Virus record (IMG/VR): IMGVR_UViG_2579778842_000003
From: a virus
Lineage: Duplodnaviria > Heunggongvirae > Uroviricota > Caudoviricetes
Strand: one strand, 5' to 3'
Length of the DNA: 64,000 nt
Numbering within the stretch: position 1 is the first letter of the stretch; every line of letters starts with the position of its first letter. This document shows positions 23,934 to 33,241 of the stretch, piece after piece. Both the position numbers and the translations under genes were made by a program. Below the pieces are notes generated by a model that made no database searches, had not been told where the DNA came from, and saw only the letters and a list, made by a program, of their open reading frames with translations.

Positions 23934-24071
23934 ATGAACGCTTTTTTTCAGTTCCTGAGTGCATTTTTAGATGCGCCTGTTATTAGCCAGATTCTGGCTA
24001 TTATCCTCATCATCGTTTTGATTTTGCTTTTAAGGTCAGTAAAAAATGGAATTATGCACTGGCTTACTTAA
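23934..24071 (+). CDS. Small hydrophobic single-TM peptide, 45 aa (candidate membrane toxin or small membrane protein)
   Basis: Own translation MNAFFQFLSAFLDAPVISQILAIILIIVLILLLRSVKNGIMHWLT; AAGGA upstream; perfect 8-bp inverted repeat hairpin just downstream; below the 60-aa track cutoff. Confidence 0.3.
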   Translation: MNAFFQFLSAFLDAPVISQILAIILIIVLILLLRSVKNGIMHWLT

Positions 24072-24146
24072 TGTTTCAGTGAAACATTAAAATATCCTTG
24101 ATGAGGAAACAATCATTTTCTGTATGTGCTGGTGGGCACCTGTAGT

Positions 24147-24509
24147 TCAGCTTTCGTTGGCATTTAACTTCGTCTTTGCTTTCTCCACCAGCAACTTCCA
24201 GATGCCTATTTCATTAGCAGCCGCCTTGATGGCGGCATAAAAAGCATCTTGCTGATCGTAACGCTGGATCTGTTTTTTCAGTTTTGCCTCCACCAATTTA
24301 ATTTCATTACGTGCTTTCTGAATCCGCATCACCGCCCGGTTACGTCTGTTCTTGTATAGCGTGTTAATCTCTGACAATTGCTTTAATTTACCAGCCTGAC
24401 TGCGGATTATCGCCTCCCTGGCTTCTGCCGTGCGTCTCATCTGATCTCTTAAGAGTTCACCGTTTTCGATAATTCTTTCAAGGTGTTTGATGTGATCTGC
24501 AACTCTCAT
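24147..24509 (-). CDS. Hypothetical coiled-coil protein, 120 aa
   Basis: ORF at downstream end of a long minus-strand gene block. Confidence 0.4.
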   Translation of the reverse strand: MRVADHIKHLERIIENGELLRDQMRRTAEAREAIIRSQAGKLKQLSEINTLYKNRRNRAVMRIQKARNEIKLVEAKLKKQIQRYDQQDAFYAAIKAAANEIGIWKLLVEKAKTKLNANES

Positions 24510-25180
24510 ACTTCACCCTCGCTTGTATCACCAGCGTCCACCAACGACAATAAAGCCCTGGCCATCTTATGAACCAACAGTGCATCAATAATGCCAAGCG
24601 TATGCCCCGGCTTAATGTTTAATGCTGCCTCAAGATGACACCTTTCCAGACCGCTTTTCTCGGCTTGTTTATGATGATATGGCGTAATAACGTCGCCCAA
24701 AACACGGCTAATTCTTTCTCGTAATTGCTGGGTGCCAGCACACTTGATCGCTGTATCGTGGAGACGGTTAACCAGTTCGCGATAAACATGCGGTTTAATG
24801 CGGATACGTTCACCGGTGACGCCCTTTCCTGGCCCTGGCACCGAACTATCCGGAATATCCGGATAGTTGCCAGCCTCGTAAGCTACCCGCAGCCAGTGCA
24901 TGAATGTTTCAGTAGACACACAACCACAGTCCACATCGATTTTTCCGCGTTGCTGTTCCAGCCACTGCTCAAAATTCAATCTACACGTATTACTTTCATG
25001 TTGCTCTTTTTGTCTTAAGGCCAGCACCTGTTGGGCCAGTTCCAGAACGATACCGGGTGACGCTAACCTCTCAAATTCCAATAAATAGTTTGCGTCAGGA
25101 TGACAAGTAGCCTCGCCTGCAAAAAATACCAATTGCTGTAAGTATGCTGTCGTTAGAGTAGTCATTTCTTTTTGCGCCAT
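24506..25180 (-). CDS. Hypothetical protein, 224 aa
   Basis: ORF with 4-nt stop-start overlap to the next gene. Confidence 0.45.
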   Translation of the reverse strand: MAQKEMTTLTTAYLQQLVFFAGEATCHPDANYLLEFERLASPGIVLELAQQVLALRQKEQHESNTCRLNFEQWLEQQRGKIDVDCGCVSTETFMHWLRVAYEAGNYPDIPDSSVPGPGKGVTGERIRIKPHVYRELVNRLHDTAIKCAGTQQLRERISRVLGDVITPYHHKQAEKSGLERCHLEAALNIKPGHTLGIIDALLVHKMARALLSLVDAGDTSEGEV

Positions 25181-25536
25181 TTCTTTTCACATTCCTTAGT
25201 CCATTTTTCAATGTTCATTTTGGCAATATCAGTCATTCCATCACCTAAGAAATACTTTTTCCGGTACGTCTTGCACTTAAACCACACTACAACAGCCACC
25301 AGCCAGAAAATAAAAGGCCATACAGCAATACCAACGACAGCCGCGATAAAGCCCAATAGCCATAAATGAAGCTCTCCAACTTCTGTTTCCGGCAATATTC
25401 TTAAAGAATTAAACAGCAGGCTGAACGAATGGTCGTATGCATTGGCAGTATAAGACATGCAATCCATATAATTAAAGTCATAGCCTGCGGCTGCCGCCCA
25501 TAATGGGCGGTCAAGAAAATGTTTTAGTGTCATCAT
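25162..25536 (-). CDS. Hypothetical membrane protein, 124 aa
   Basis: Hydrophobic segment LWLLGFIAAVVGIAVWPFIFWLVAVVVWF. Confidence 0.4.
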   Translation of the reverse strand: MMTLKHFLDRPLWAAAAGYDFNYMDCMSYTANAYDHSFSLLFNSLRILPETEVGELHLWLLGFIAAVVGIAVWPFIFWLVAVVVWFKCKTYRKKYFLGDGMTDIAKMNIEKWTKECEKKWRKKK

Positions 25537-25542
25537 ATAAAT

Positions 25543-25932
25543 TTAAGGTTCAGACCAGTTATCTTCAATAGCAATGCTTAATCTTTGTAGCCATTCTGCT
25601 AATTTCAGCATTGCTTCTCTTTCGCTTAAACCACGAGGAAAATCATCAAGCGAAATTGTTGGCTTGAATCCCCCGCAATTATCCATTTCAACTGTCAGAT
25701 TTTGTTCCAGCACGGTATTTCTTACGCGGCTATTGTGCCGGAGCAAATATACTGAGCATGATTTATTGGTTTTGTGGTCTAGCTTATATTCGGTAAGTAT
25801 CATCTGGCTTTTGCCATGATTATTACCTCTCCACATACTTACCTCACTTAATAAAACAACTCCATGCGTAGTTGATGATTTTTTCCCACGTAATATAAAT
25901 CTGCACTCCGGCAGTAAAACCAAAGCCAACAA
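25543..25932 (-). CDS. Hypothetical protein, 129 aa
   Basis: ORF in co-directional block. Confidence 0.3.
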   Translation of the reverse strand: MLALVLLPECRFILRGKKSSTTHGVVLLSEVSMWRGNNHGKSQMILTEYKLDHKTNKSCSVYLLRHNSRVRNTVLEQNLTVEMDNCGGFKPTISLDDFPRGLSEREAMLKLAEWLQRLSIAIEDNWSEP

Positions 25933-26014
25933 TTGCTGAAAAAATCAAAACATTTACTTTTGACATTATAAACTTTCTCTCGGTGTCGTAGGTGATAGCA
26001 CCATAATTGATAAT

Positions 26015-26248
26015 TTAGTGAGTTAGCAGTTCCATTTTTTTGATGATTTCCGCATGAGCATCATCGTTATCAACACTTAGCTCGTTTAATGCTTCTCGCA
26101 CTACATCAACTTCTTCAGGCTGAAAGAAGTCGTCGCGGTAATCACCAAATAGAACCGAAACCAGCCTGCTACCAGCAACATCAAGATTGGCGCTAACAGG
26201 TGGCTCTTTGCCATCCTCAAATTCGACTACAAAAGTTAATTTTCCCAT
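26015..26248 (-). CDS. Hypothetical acidic protein, 77 aa
   Basis: ORF in co-directional block. Confidence 0.3.
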   Translation of the reverse strand: MGKLTFVVEFEDGKEPPVSANLDVAGSRLVSVLFGDYRDDFFQPEEVDVVREALNELSVDNDDAHAEIIKKMELLTH

Positions 26249-26324
26249 CGTTACCCCCAGAAGATAAAAATAGCGGCAATCGCCATAGCTACGCCTACAA
26301 TCGCAAATGCTTCAGGCCAGCTTA

Positions 26325-26585
26325 TTACCTCACCTCCAGTCTCCATACCGCCTGACCAATCCGGCTGGCATGGGTATCTTTGGATACTGTTCCATCTTTA
26401 GCCAGCTCCATAAGAATTTTGCGCAAATCTGCCGAACGCCATTCTTCATCAGGAAATTCCTTCTCCATTGCCAACCGCAGATTCCAGGTTGCTATCGTGA
26501 ATGGATATTCCCCGCCGAGAGCTTTCTCTTGCAGGGCAGCACGGGAACGTATCACCTGCAAAACCTTCTCTTTTACATCCATCAT
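26325..26585 (-). CDS. Hypothetical protein, about 86 aa from internal Met
   Basis: Internal ATG forms ATGA overlap with stop of the upstream gene. Confidence 0.35.
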   Translation of the reverse strand: MMDVKEKVLQVIRSRAALQEKALGGEYPFTIATWNLRLAMEKEFPDEEWRSADLRKILMELAKDGTVSKDTHASRIGQAVWRLEVR

Positions 26586-27769
26586 TTTGCCTCCTGCGGC
26601 GGTTCTGGTAGCGGCATCCAGTGTGATGGTATCCACGACGCACCAGGTATTACCCACCCATCATTAGCGTCAGGATGCCCCGGGATGTAAGTCGCCCATT
26701 TCATTCGCCAGTCACCTTTCCTGTCAAACTCCCTGGCAACAAGAACGGCTGTTTTGGTATCCGGCATTCGCTCACTACAGCTTATCCAACTATCCGGAAT
26801 TACCGGAAAGTTGCGCATTGCGACCTTTAATGCCTCATAGAAGCACTCTTTCAAATTGTTGAACTGACACCCATTTAGAGGACCGTGTTCAGTCAGCATG
26901 TTGTGTAATTTCCATGCCGCGTCGTTTACTGCGTTGGATGACATGGGAGGCAACTTGTAAGCCTGGCTTACAGGCTCGGAACCATGAAGAATGGCGGCGC
27001 GGCAGGCATCCTCTACGCCCTTAACTGCATCTGCGCAGTAGTTATAGCGATTGCATTCCACTAACTTCTGCTTGAGATTTTCAATTGCTTGTGCGACATC
27101 AGCCTGTATTGGTGGAACGGCTGTCTGCTGCTCTCGAACGTCATTAGTCGCTATCGGTTCTGCTGCCAACTGACTGGCATATTTGTTAATGGTAACGATA
27201 AGCTCTTGCTCAGCCTCATCCAGACAATCACCGATACCTCGTCTGTCGCCGTCAAAATCATCGAAATCAGCACGAACTCTGGCAAACTTCAGGATTGCGG
27301 ACAACACCTCACCAGGAATTACCGGAGAGTTGGTTGACGTTTCCGCAATTTCCCGAAAATTATTGGTTGACGCATTCGCGTTTTTCCGAAAGTTTCCGGC
27401 ATGAAGCATAGCCGCGCGGCAGGCGTTCCAGCCTCTCACCTCTGCAATAGCGGCAACAGCATCGACCGCGTACATGCTAAGAGGGTTAGGCATTGGTTTT
27501 TCTTCCGGTACTACTGGCGCTGGAGGGGCAGTGTAAAGCTGGTGCGTTCCATCAGGTAGCGAGTGACCCACATACTCACCGACCCCGTCAATACACATGC
27601 CCCCATCTTCAACAATGCATTCCGCTACAGGCTCTGCTTCCAGTGATGCCAGCGCAATCCGTGCCAGCTCTTCCGCTTCTTCTGCTGGCAGTACAACGTT
27701 GCTACCAGGTCCGTATGTTTCGCGCCACTCCTTGATTGTCAGCAGTCGCTCTTTGGTAATAGTGATCAT
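26582..27769 (-). CDS. Phage protein with DUF551-like C-terminus, 395 aa
   Basis: C-terminal WIPSHWMPLPEPP pattern typical of a common phage domain. Confidence 0.45.
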   Translation of the reverse strand: MITITKERLLTIKEWRETYGPGSNVVLPAEEAEELARIALASLEAEPVAECIVEDGGMCIDGVGEYVGHSLPDGTHQLYTAPPAPVVPEEKPMPNPLSMYAVDAVAAIAEVRGWNACRAAMLHAGNFRKNANASTNNFREIAETSTNSPVIPGEVLSAILKFARVRADFDDFDGDRRGIGDCLDEAEQELIVTINKYASQLAAEPIATNDVREQQTAVPPIQADVAQAIENLKQKLVECNRYNYCADAVKGVEDACRAAILHGSEPVSQAYKLPPMSSNAVNDAAWKLHNMLTEHGPLNGCQFNNLKECFYEALKVAMRNFPVIPDSWISCSERMPDTKTAVLVAREFDRKGDWRMKWATYIPGHPDANDGWVIPGASWIPSHWMPLPEPPQEAK

Positions 27770-28281
27770 GCCGCGTTTCCTTCTTTCTTATTAACAATTA
27801 CACCGTCATATATTTCATTAAGGTGCCCTCTCAACTCCATGCGCCTTAATGCAGATAACATGTAATCGCATTCAACCTGCTTATTCCCAATAAAAGGTTT
27901 ATCTTCAGGGTTACCCCAACAGCAATTCCCCTTGGGCCATCCATGTACTTTCCGTACTCTTCCGTTAACAACGTGAAGTAATCCCCAGCCAGGAGGTAAA
28001 TCCTCAATTGAAATAATTCCCGGCTCACTAATAAAGAATCGCCAGTCGCCCATGCCAAGTGAGGGATTTTTACGGAAACGCTTTTTTCTATCTGCCAACA
28101 AATCAGCACGAGAACACTTCGCCTCTATCAGGCATGATGCTGAATTTCTGAATCCCATAGCATCTGGCTGTTCTCCGGTACTGGTTACAGCTATAAAGCG
28201 GTCATGAAAACAAACCTTGAACCCGTTGCGCTTAAGGAACTTGTACGCAATCTGACAGAGTTCGCGGTGTGTTAACGCCAT
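27766..28281 (-). CDS. PD-(D/E)xK nuclease-like protein, about 172 aa
   Basis: D...E-x-K arrangement (PDAMGF ... LIEAKCSRADL); start taken at internal Met just after upstream stop. Confidence 0.4.
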   Translation of the reverse strand: MALTHRELCQIAYKFLKRNGFKVCFHDRFIAVTSTGEQPDAMGFRNSASCLIEAKCSRADLLADRKKRFRKNPSLGMGDWRFFISEPGIISIEDLPPGWGLLHVVNGRVRKVHGWPKGNCCWGNPEDKPFIGNKQVECDYMLSALRRMELRGHLNEIYDGVIVNKKEGNAA

Positions 28282-28282
28282 A

Positions 28283-28951
28283 TCACTCTCCTTTGATGCG
28301 AATGCCAGCGGCGCGTGGCACATTAACTTCCACGATGCGCACAGTTGGTTTGTACATCTCAATCGCAGTCAGCCAGTCAGCGCCAGTCATGCGCTTTTCT
28401 GCATCGCCATTAGTCCACTTAACCGGTACACCAATAGCCTTCATCGCGATTTCTATTTCCCCGGCAATGGCGCTTTTTCCGCAACCAGTAAAACCAGATA
28501 CAACGACCAGAACTTCACCTTTGGCTGGTTTTATTTCCCGCGCTTCCAGTTCTGCTATGCGCTTACTTCCATCCGAGATAACACCTTCGTAATACTCACG
28601 CTGCTCGTTGAGTTTTGATTTTGCTTCCTCAAGCTCAACTCTCAGCTTCCCTACCGTTAGCGCAATATCCTCGTTCTCCTGGTCACGGCGTTTGATGTAT
28701 TGCTGGTTTCTTTCCCGTTCATCCAGTAGTGCCAGCACGGTTTCTGGTCCGGCCAGAAATTTGAAGGCGTTGAGCGCATCAATATCCACACCGTAATCTT
28801 TAAGTTCCTGTTCACTTAACAAATCATCATCAGCTGGCAACATTAACAGGCGTTCCATTGCTGGAATTGCACGTTCCGCCGCCTCACGCAGTGCCTGATA
28901 GTCAATCTTGCTCACTGGTTGCCTCCTTGGCGGAGTTGCGCTGCGATGCAT
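28283..28951 (-). CDS. Coiled-coil protein with C-terminal P-loop NTPase motif, 222 aa
   Basis: Walker A-like GFTGCGKS. Confidence 0.4.
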   Translation of the reverse strand: MHRSATPPRRQPVSKIDYQALREAAERAIPAMERLLMLPADDDLLSEQELKDYGVDIDALNAFKFLAGPETVLALLDERERNQQYIKRRDQENEDIALTVGKLRVELEEAKSKLNEQREYYEGVISDGSKRIAELEAREIKPAKGEVLVVVSGFTGCGKSAIAGEIEIAMKAIGVPVKWTNGDAEKRMTGADWLTAIEMYKPTVRIVEVNVPRAAGIRIKGE

Positions 28952-29151
28952 GAAAAAAAAGACTCCCGAGTGTGACAGTTAAGAGCTGGTGCGAACGCCG
29001 CGTTAAGAACGGCGGCATCACAGCCGTCATCAATATAGAGCGCAATTTTTTTCTCCAGGCGCGCTTTGGCTTCCTGCAACTGCATACCCCGGCACGCACG
29101 CGGGATATAATCAGCAATTTGAGCGATAGCTTTTTCGTTCTGTTTAAACAT
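28912..29151 (-). CDS. Hypothetical protein, 79 aa
   Basis: Small ORF with overlap coupling in the block. Confidence 0.25.
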   Translation of the reverse strand: MFKQNEKAIAQIADYIPRACRGMQLQEAKARLEKKIALYIDDGCDAAVLNAAFAPALNCHTRESFFSCIAAQLRQGGNQ

Positions 29152-29347
29152 GCTTCACCTCGATAGGCTTGATGGTGTCTAACAGCAGTCGGCGGCGCGT
29201 ATTTTCTGCAAAATGGCGGCGCCCAGTTTCTTTGTGGTAAAACTCGTTTTTGCCGACGACCCACATCCGCTCTGTTTGGTGCAGTTTTTTTACCTTCGGG
29301 CCATCTTTGGTGATCACGGTACCGGTATGGGTTTTTACGATTGTCAT
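29144..29347 (-). CDS. Hypothetical protein, 67 aa
   Basis: ATGA overlap with upstream PP-loop gene. Confidence 0.3.
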   Translation of the reverse strand: MTIVKTHTGTVITKDGPKVKKLHQTERMWVVGKNEFYHKETGRRHFAENTRRRLLLDTIKPIEVKHV

Positions 29348-30222
29348 TCCACTACCTCTTCGAATTTCAACTCCAATTGGTCACCCCAGATTTCACATGA
29401 TTCGGAACACGAACCAGTATCAAACCGCTTGGCCAGCACCATCGCCTGATACAAATTTCTGTAGTCACTGTCGGCATACATTCTGGCAATCCCGTCAAGC
29501 GTCAGGTGGCCACGGTACATAACGTCTTTACCTGTTCTGCGCTGACCATCCCTGACGTGTTTGCCTGTAACCAGTTCATTAAAAACCCGCATCAGACCTG
29601 GTTCGTCTTTACATGCAAGCCCCAGCTTTTGCGTTGACTTTTTGATGCAAAAAACACAGTTCCCGAGGTGCTCCGGGATTTGCAAATCAAAAGGTTGTTT
29701 TCGCCACCACCGGATAACATCCGACTTATCAAAATCTGACAGTTCGGCAAGATACCGGACGCCCGGTTTCGGTTTCAGCCTACGGGGTTCGTCCGCACGA
29801 ATACCGAGCCATGTGATGTAATTCCCTCGCCCAAAATGATCATCGCAATATTTCGTGAAAGGGGTGAGTTTTAGCCTGTCGGTACAGAACGCGCCGCCGA
29901 TGTATGGCGTACCGTACTTTTTAACCATGTCCATAAACGGTTTAAGCACCGGCATTCGCGTCTGAATATCCTTTGGTTCCCATTCCGTATAACCATTTGG
30001 CTGCCCAAGTTCTGGATTTATATCGACCTGCAACACCGTTAGCGGTACGTTCCAGAACTTCACAACCTCACGAATAAAGCGATACGTCAGAGGATGTTCA
30101 CAGCCGGTATCCATAAAAATGAAATGGACGCTAGCGCCAGCTTTTCGCTGTGCTTCCATCAGATGAACGAGATAAGCCGATGTTCGTCCACCTGAAAAGC
30201 TGACAACTTGATGCATACTCAC
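29344..30222 (-). CDS. PP-loop ATPase, PAPS reductase-like family, 292 aa
   Basis: N-terminal VSFSGGRTS PP-loop motif. Confidence 0.55.
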   Translation of the reverse strand: MSMHQVVSFSGGRTSAYLVHLMEAQRKAGASVHFIFMDTGCEHPLTYRFIREVVKFWNVPLTVLQVDINPELGQPNGYTEWEPKDIQTRMPVLKPFMDMVKKYGTPYIGGAFCTDRLKLTPFTKYCDDHFGRGNYITWLGIRADEPRRLKPKPGVRYLAELSDFDKSDVIRWWRKQPFDLQIPEHLGNCVFCIKKSTQKLGLACKDEPGLMRVFNELVTGKHVRDGQRRTGKDVMYRGHLTLDGIARMYADSDYRNLYQAMVLAKRFDTGSCSESCEIWGDQLELKFEEVVE

Positions 30223-30225
30223 GGT

Positions 30226-30954
30226 TTATTCCTGAATGCGCTTAAACTCGATTACCCACACCCAGGGATTAGCGTTCCAGCTTTCTTCACCATAGATGGA
30301 TTCCCACAGGCGCTGGAACGCAACCTTGGCCATTGCGAAATCCCCCTTGGGAGTAAGGAATGTTCCCGGGTGATCAGGAAGCAAACTTCCAGCAGGCGGA
30401 ACGCCCTCATCCCTTGCATCGCATTCGCTGATATCGTTCAACCGCTCAACGCGCACGTTGGTAATTTCCAACAGGATGCGTGATGCCCATCGCGGCATGT
30501 GAATTGATGGACGCCACCCACCATCAAACTTTTCATTCACTGTGTGAGGTTTCCAGTCGGCATCATCTGGTATCGACCATAAACCGTAATCACCAGGCTT
30601 TTGCTCACAACTGGCCCGATAAATCCTTGCTGCGTTCTTCTCATCGCCACGACAAAGGTTGTCGTTCCAGTCCACACTGCAACCATCTTCATTGCCTAAT
30701 ATCGCCCATGTTTCACGAACCCAAATTCGATCGCCGACGATACCAAAGGGGCAATTGAAAACACTGCTTACACCATCAGCCCCGTACCACTGAAAACCTG
30801 CACCAATTTTTCTAACCATCACTGGTGCTTCTGGACCAACTTCCGCAGGCTGATTTTTCATTATCCGCCGCGTCTGCGTTTTCCTTCCTTCGAGGATGGC
30901 CCGGACCATCTCATCGTTGAAAATCATGCCGCGCTCTTTCACTTCGCCTTTCAT
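30226..30954 (-). CDS. Phage protein with ASCH-like N-terminus, 242 aa
   Basis: N-terminal FNDEMVRAILEGRKTQTRR pattern common in phage ASCH-like proteins. Confidence 0.4.
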   Translation of the reverse strand: MKGEVKERGMIFNDEMVRAILEGRKTQTRRIMKNQPAEVGPEAPVMVRKIGAGFQWYGADGVSSVFNCPFGIVGDRIWVRETWAILGNEDGCSVDWNDNLCRGDEKNAARIYRASCEQKPGDYGLWSIPDDADWKPHTVNEKFDGGWRPSIHMPRWASRILLEITNVRVERLNDISECDARDEGVPPAGSLLPDHPGTFLTPKGDFAMAKVAFQRLWESIYGEESWNANPWVWVIEFKRIQE

Positions 30955-31079
30955 GCATCCCCCTTACCCATGCGCGACGATGCCGCCAAAAGTGATAGAG
31001 AACAGCCAGAAATAGATCGCGGCCATAATGATTTTGAATGCCGTGTTCATATTTTCAGCTCCTGTGATTGATTGGATAC

Positions 31080-31104
31080 ATGCCGCGCCTTGCGGCATGT
31101 TTTT
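31080..31104 (+). terminator. Orphan plus-strand intrinsic terminator directly after a GATTGATTGG motif
   Basis: ATGCCGC-GCCTT-GCGGCAT then G TTTTT; no plus-strand gene upstream. Confidence 0.5.
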
Positions 31105-31132
31105 ATTTTCACTTTCTCTGTTTTAAAAATCA

Positions 31133-31149
31133 AGATTTATTAGAGCAAT
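31133..31149 (-). promoter_or_regulatory. C1 operator
   Basis: Minus strand ATTGCTCTAATAAATCT, 16 of 17. Confidence 0.65.
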
Positions 31150-31655
31150 TATTGTTGATGAAGAAGCGCATTTTCATACTCCCTGACCATTAACGTAAGC
31201 ACGCCGTGCCTCCTGAAAACACGCGCCACTTCAATCTTATCTTCCAGCGCGAACGCGATTTTACTTAGACCAATTTTCTTAAGGAGATCAATCTTTGCTG
31301 GGCCGTCATTTCTGTCATCGGTGGCAGGACGCATAGATAGCAAAGGCTCAGCCCCGTTTGTTACGTACTTCCGCAGCCAGGCTCGTGTTTTATCCCTTGC
31401 GATCTCACAGCGCCCGGTTACAAACCAGACCGTGTAAACGCTAAATAACTGGCGCACCATATCAATAACTGGAGTGATGGGAGTATCGGTGTCACAGGCG
31501 AGATTAAACTCGTTCCAGTCCTTTGTTAATGCACCTTTACTTGGTGGCGGAAGCAAATGCAGTCTGTCTTCAGTTGCCTCTGATATTGTTCCATCAATAT
31601 CGACTATGACGATATACGGACGTTCCTGGTGTGCATGTTTATTGAAAATACTCAA
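31149..31655 (-). CDS. HAD-superfamily phosphatase-like protein, 168 aa
   Basis: DxDGT motif in VDIDGTIS near N-terminus. Confidence 0.5.
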   Translation of the reverse strand: MSIFNKHAHQERPYIVIVDIDGTISEATEDRLHLLPPPSKGALTKDWNEFNLACDTDTPITPVIDMVRQLFSVYTVWFVTGRCEIARDKTRAWLRKYVTNGAEPLLSMRPATDDRNDGPAKIDLLKKIGLSKIAFALEDKIEVARVFRRHGVLTLMVREYENALLHQQ

Positions 31656-31727
31656 ATGCCCTCCTCATTGGATGAAAAAAATGCTGGTGGGCGCACTCCA
31701 CCAGCATTAAAAGTGACACTGTAACTA

Positions 31728-32990
31728 TCAGCGGACGTAAATAGTGCCGCCGTTCTCTTTTTCCCATGCATCGCTACGTGCATAGCAAACATCGAGAAGT
31801 CTTCTTGCCGCTGTTTCCTCTAAACCCAATTCGACAACCAACTGCTCATGACGGCGGGTAACCACATCAAACAGGGTATGCAACCCTTTAGTTGCCAGAT
31901 CATCAATGAATTCCGGTTCGAACGGCAGCTCTGCATCTGCCAACATAACCTCTTGCGCCCACTCAACTCGACGGACCAATTCCGGGCGGCGGCTTTCCAT
32001 CTCTTTACAGATCAATTCATGGAAGAACTCTACCCAACCTTCCGGCTGGAACTCGCGGAAAATTGCCAACGGCTGGAAGTTTGGCATCAACCATTCGTTG
32101 ATTCGGATATCAATGGCATAGCCCATGTCGCAGCAGAACTGATAAGCAAAGTCCAGCTTAGAAACGATATAAGGACGCTCGTTATTGAACTCTTTAGGCG
32201 ATGAGATCCCATAAGCCAGGAGGCGCGGGAAGAAGGAGATTTGCCCTAACGTCGGATGAAGTTTGCTTGCAGGGAAACGGCGCTCAGTAATGCCATACAT
32301 TTCCTTCTTGAGCGTCGCAAATTTGGCATTCTCATTAACCAGCGCGGTAACCTCTGCTTTTTTATTAGCAAATGCCACGCGCGCCTCGCTTGCATCTTTA
32401 ATAGTTTTTTTGAGCTGTTGGTTAAGGTCGGCGACCTGCTTACGCAGTTCCTGTCGCTCGCTTTTAGCTTTGTTATAGCGTTTCTCAAGGTTAAAAGGAT
32501 CAAGTTTCATGATCTCTTTATATTGAGATTTTAGCGTTGAAATCTGTGAGTTCCGCAGTTCAACCATCGCGGTCATTTCATTGAGTTTTGTTTCCAGCTC
32601 AATGCTTATACGTTCGGCATTATCAGCACGCTGGTTGGCGTCATGCGTCGCATCGTCGATCGCGTCCTGTTGCTGGCGTTTCAAATGTTCAATTTGCAGC
32701 TGAAGCTCTTCAATTTCTTTACCCTTCAGACCGAGATCCAACTGCATATTTTCAGCTGCATCTACCAGGGAGTTATGGCTATCAGCTTCTGCGTTATAAA
32801 CATCAATAAGCTGTGCGTGAAGCATCTCCGCTGACTGAACCGCATTATCAAAAAAACGTGCTGTGAGGTCATCACAACTAACGCGGCGTTGCGCGGCCCG
32901 GATGTTCTGGATAATGGCCGGGATACCGGCATTCAGGACGTCAGGGATAGATACATTTTCGATTGATTGGTTTTGTGCTGAAGTGCTCAT
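31728..32990 (-). CDS. Coiled-coil protein with C-terminal globular domain, 420 aa
   Basis: Large ORF; Q/E/K-rich heptad-like central region. Confidence 0.45.
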   Translation of the reverse strand: MSTSAQNQSIENVSIPDVLNAGIPAIIQNIRAAQRRVSCDDLTARFFDNAVQSAEMLHAQLIDVYNAEADSHNSLVDAAENMQLDLGLKGKEIEELQLQIEHLKRQQQDAIDDATHDANQRADNAERISIELETKLNEMTAMVELRNSQISTLKSQYKEIMKLDPFNLEKRYNKAKSERQELRKQVADLNQQLKKTIKDASEARVAFANKKAEVTALVNENAKFATLKKEMYGITERRFPASKLHPTLGQISFFPRLLAYGISSPKEFNNERPYIVSKLDFAYQFCCDMGYAIDIRINEWLMPNFQPLAIFREFQPEGWVEFFHELICKEMESRRPELVRRVEWAQEVMLADAELPFEPEFIDDLATKGLHTLFDVVTRRHEQLVVELGLEETAARRLLDVCYARSDAWEKENGGTIYVR

Positions 32991-32991
32991 T

Positions 32992-33210
32992 TCAAAGTTC
33001 CGTATTAGCTTGTGCTTCGGTCATTTTTCCTAAGTATGAAGGTGGAAGGACTACGCAATTTGTATCCAGCCCCTCACCCAGGGCAGCCTGTAAAATTCTG
33101 GCTAAGGAGAGTCTCTTGTTGCGATACCGGGTGATGACATGCCTGATATCGCCGGACGGCGTAACAAAGGCGATCAGCCAGTAGTGATATTTCCGTCGGA
33201 ATGGCCACAT
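32992..33210 (-). CDS. Hypothetical protein, 72 aa
   Basis: Small ORF directly upstream of the 420-aa gene. Confidence 0.3.
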   Translation of the reverse strand: MWPFRRKYHYWLIAFVTPSGDIRHVITRYRNKRLSLARILQAALGEGLDTNCVVLPPSYLGKMTEAQANTEL

Positions 33211-33224
33211 AGTGCACCTTATGG

Positions 33225-33241
33225 ATTGCTCTAATAAAAAA
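33225..33241 (+). promoter_or_regulatory. C1 operator-like site
   Basis: ATTGCTCTAATAAAAAA, 14 of 17. Confidence 0.5.
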
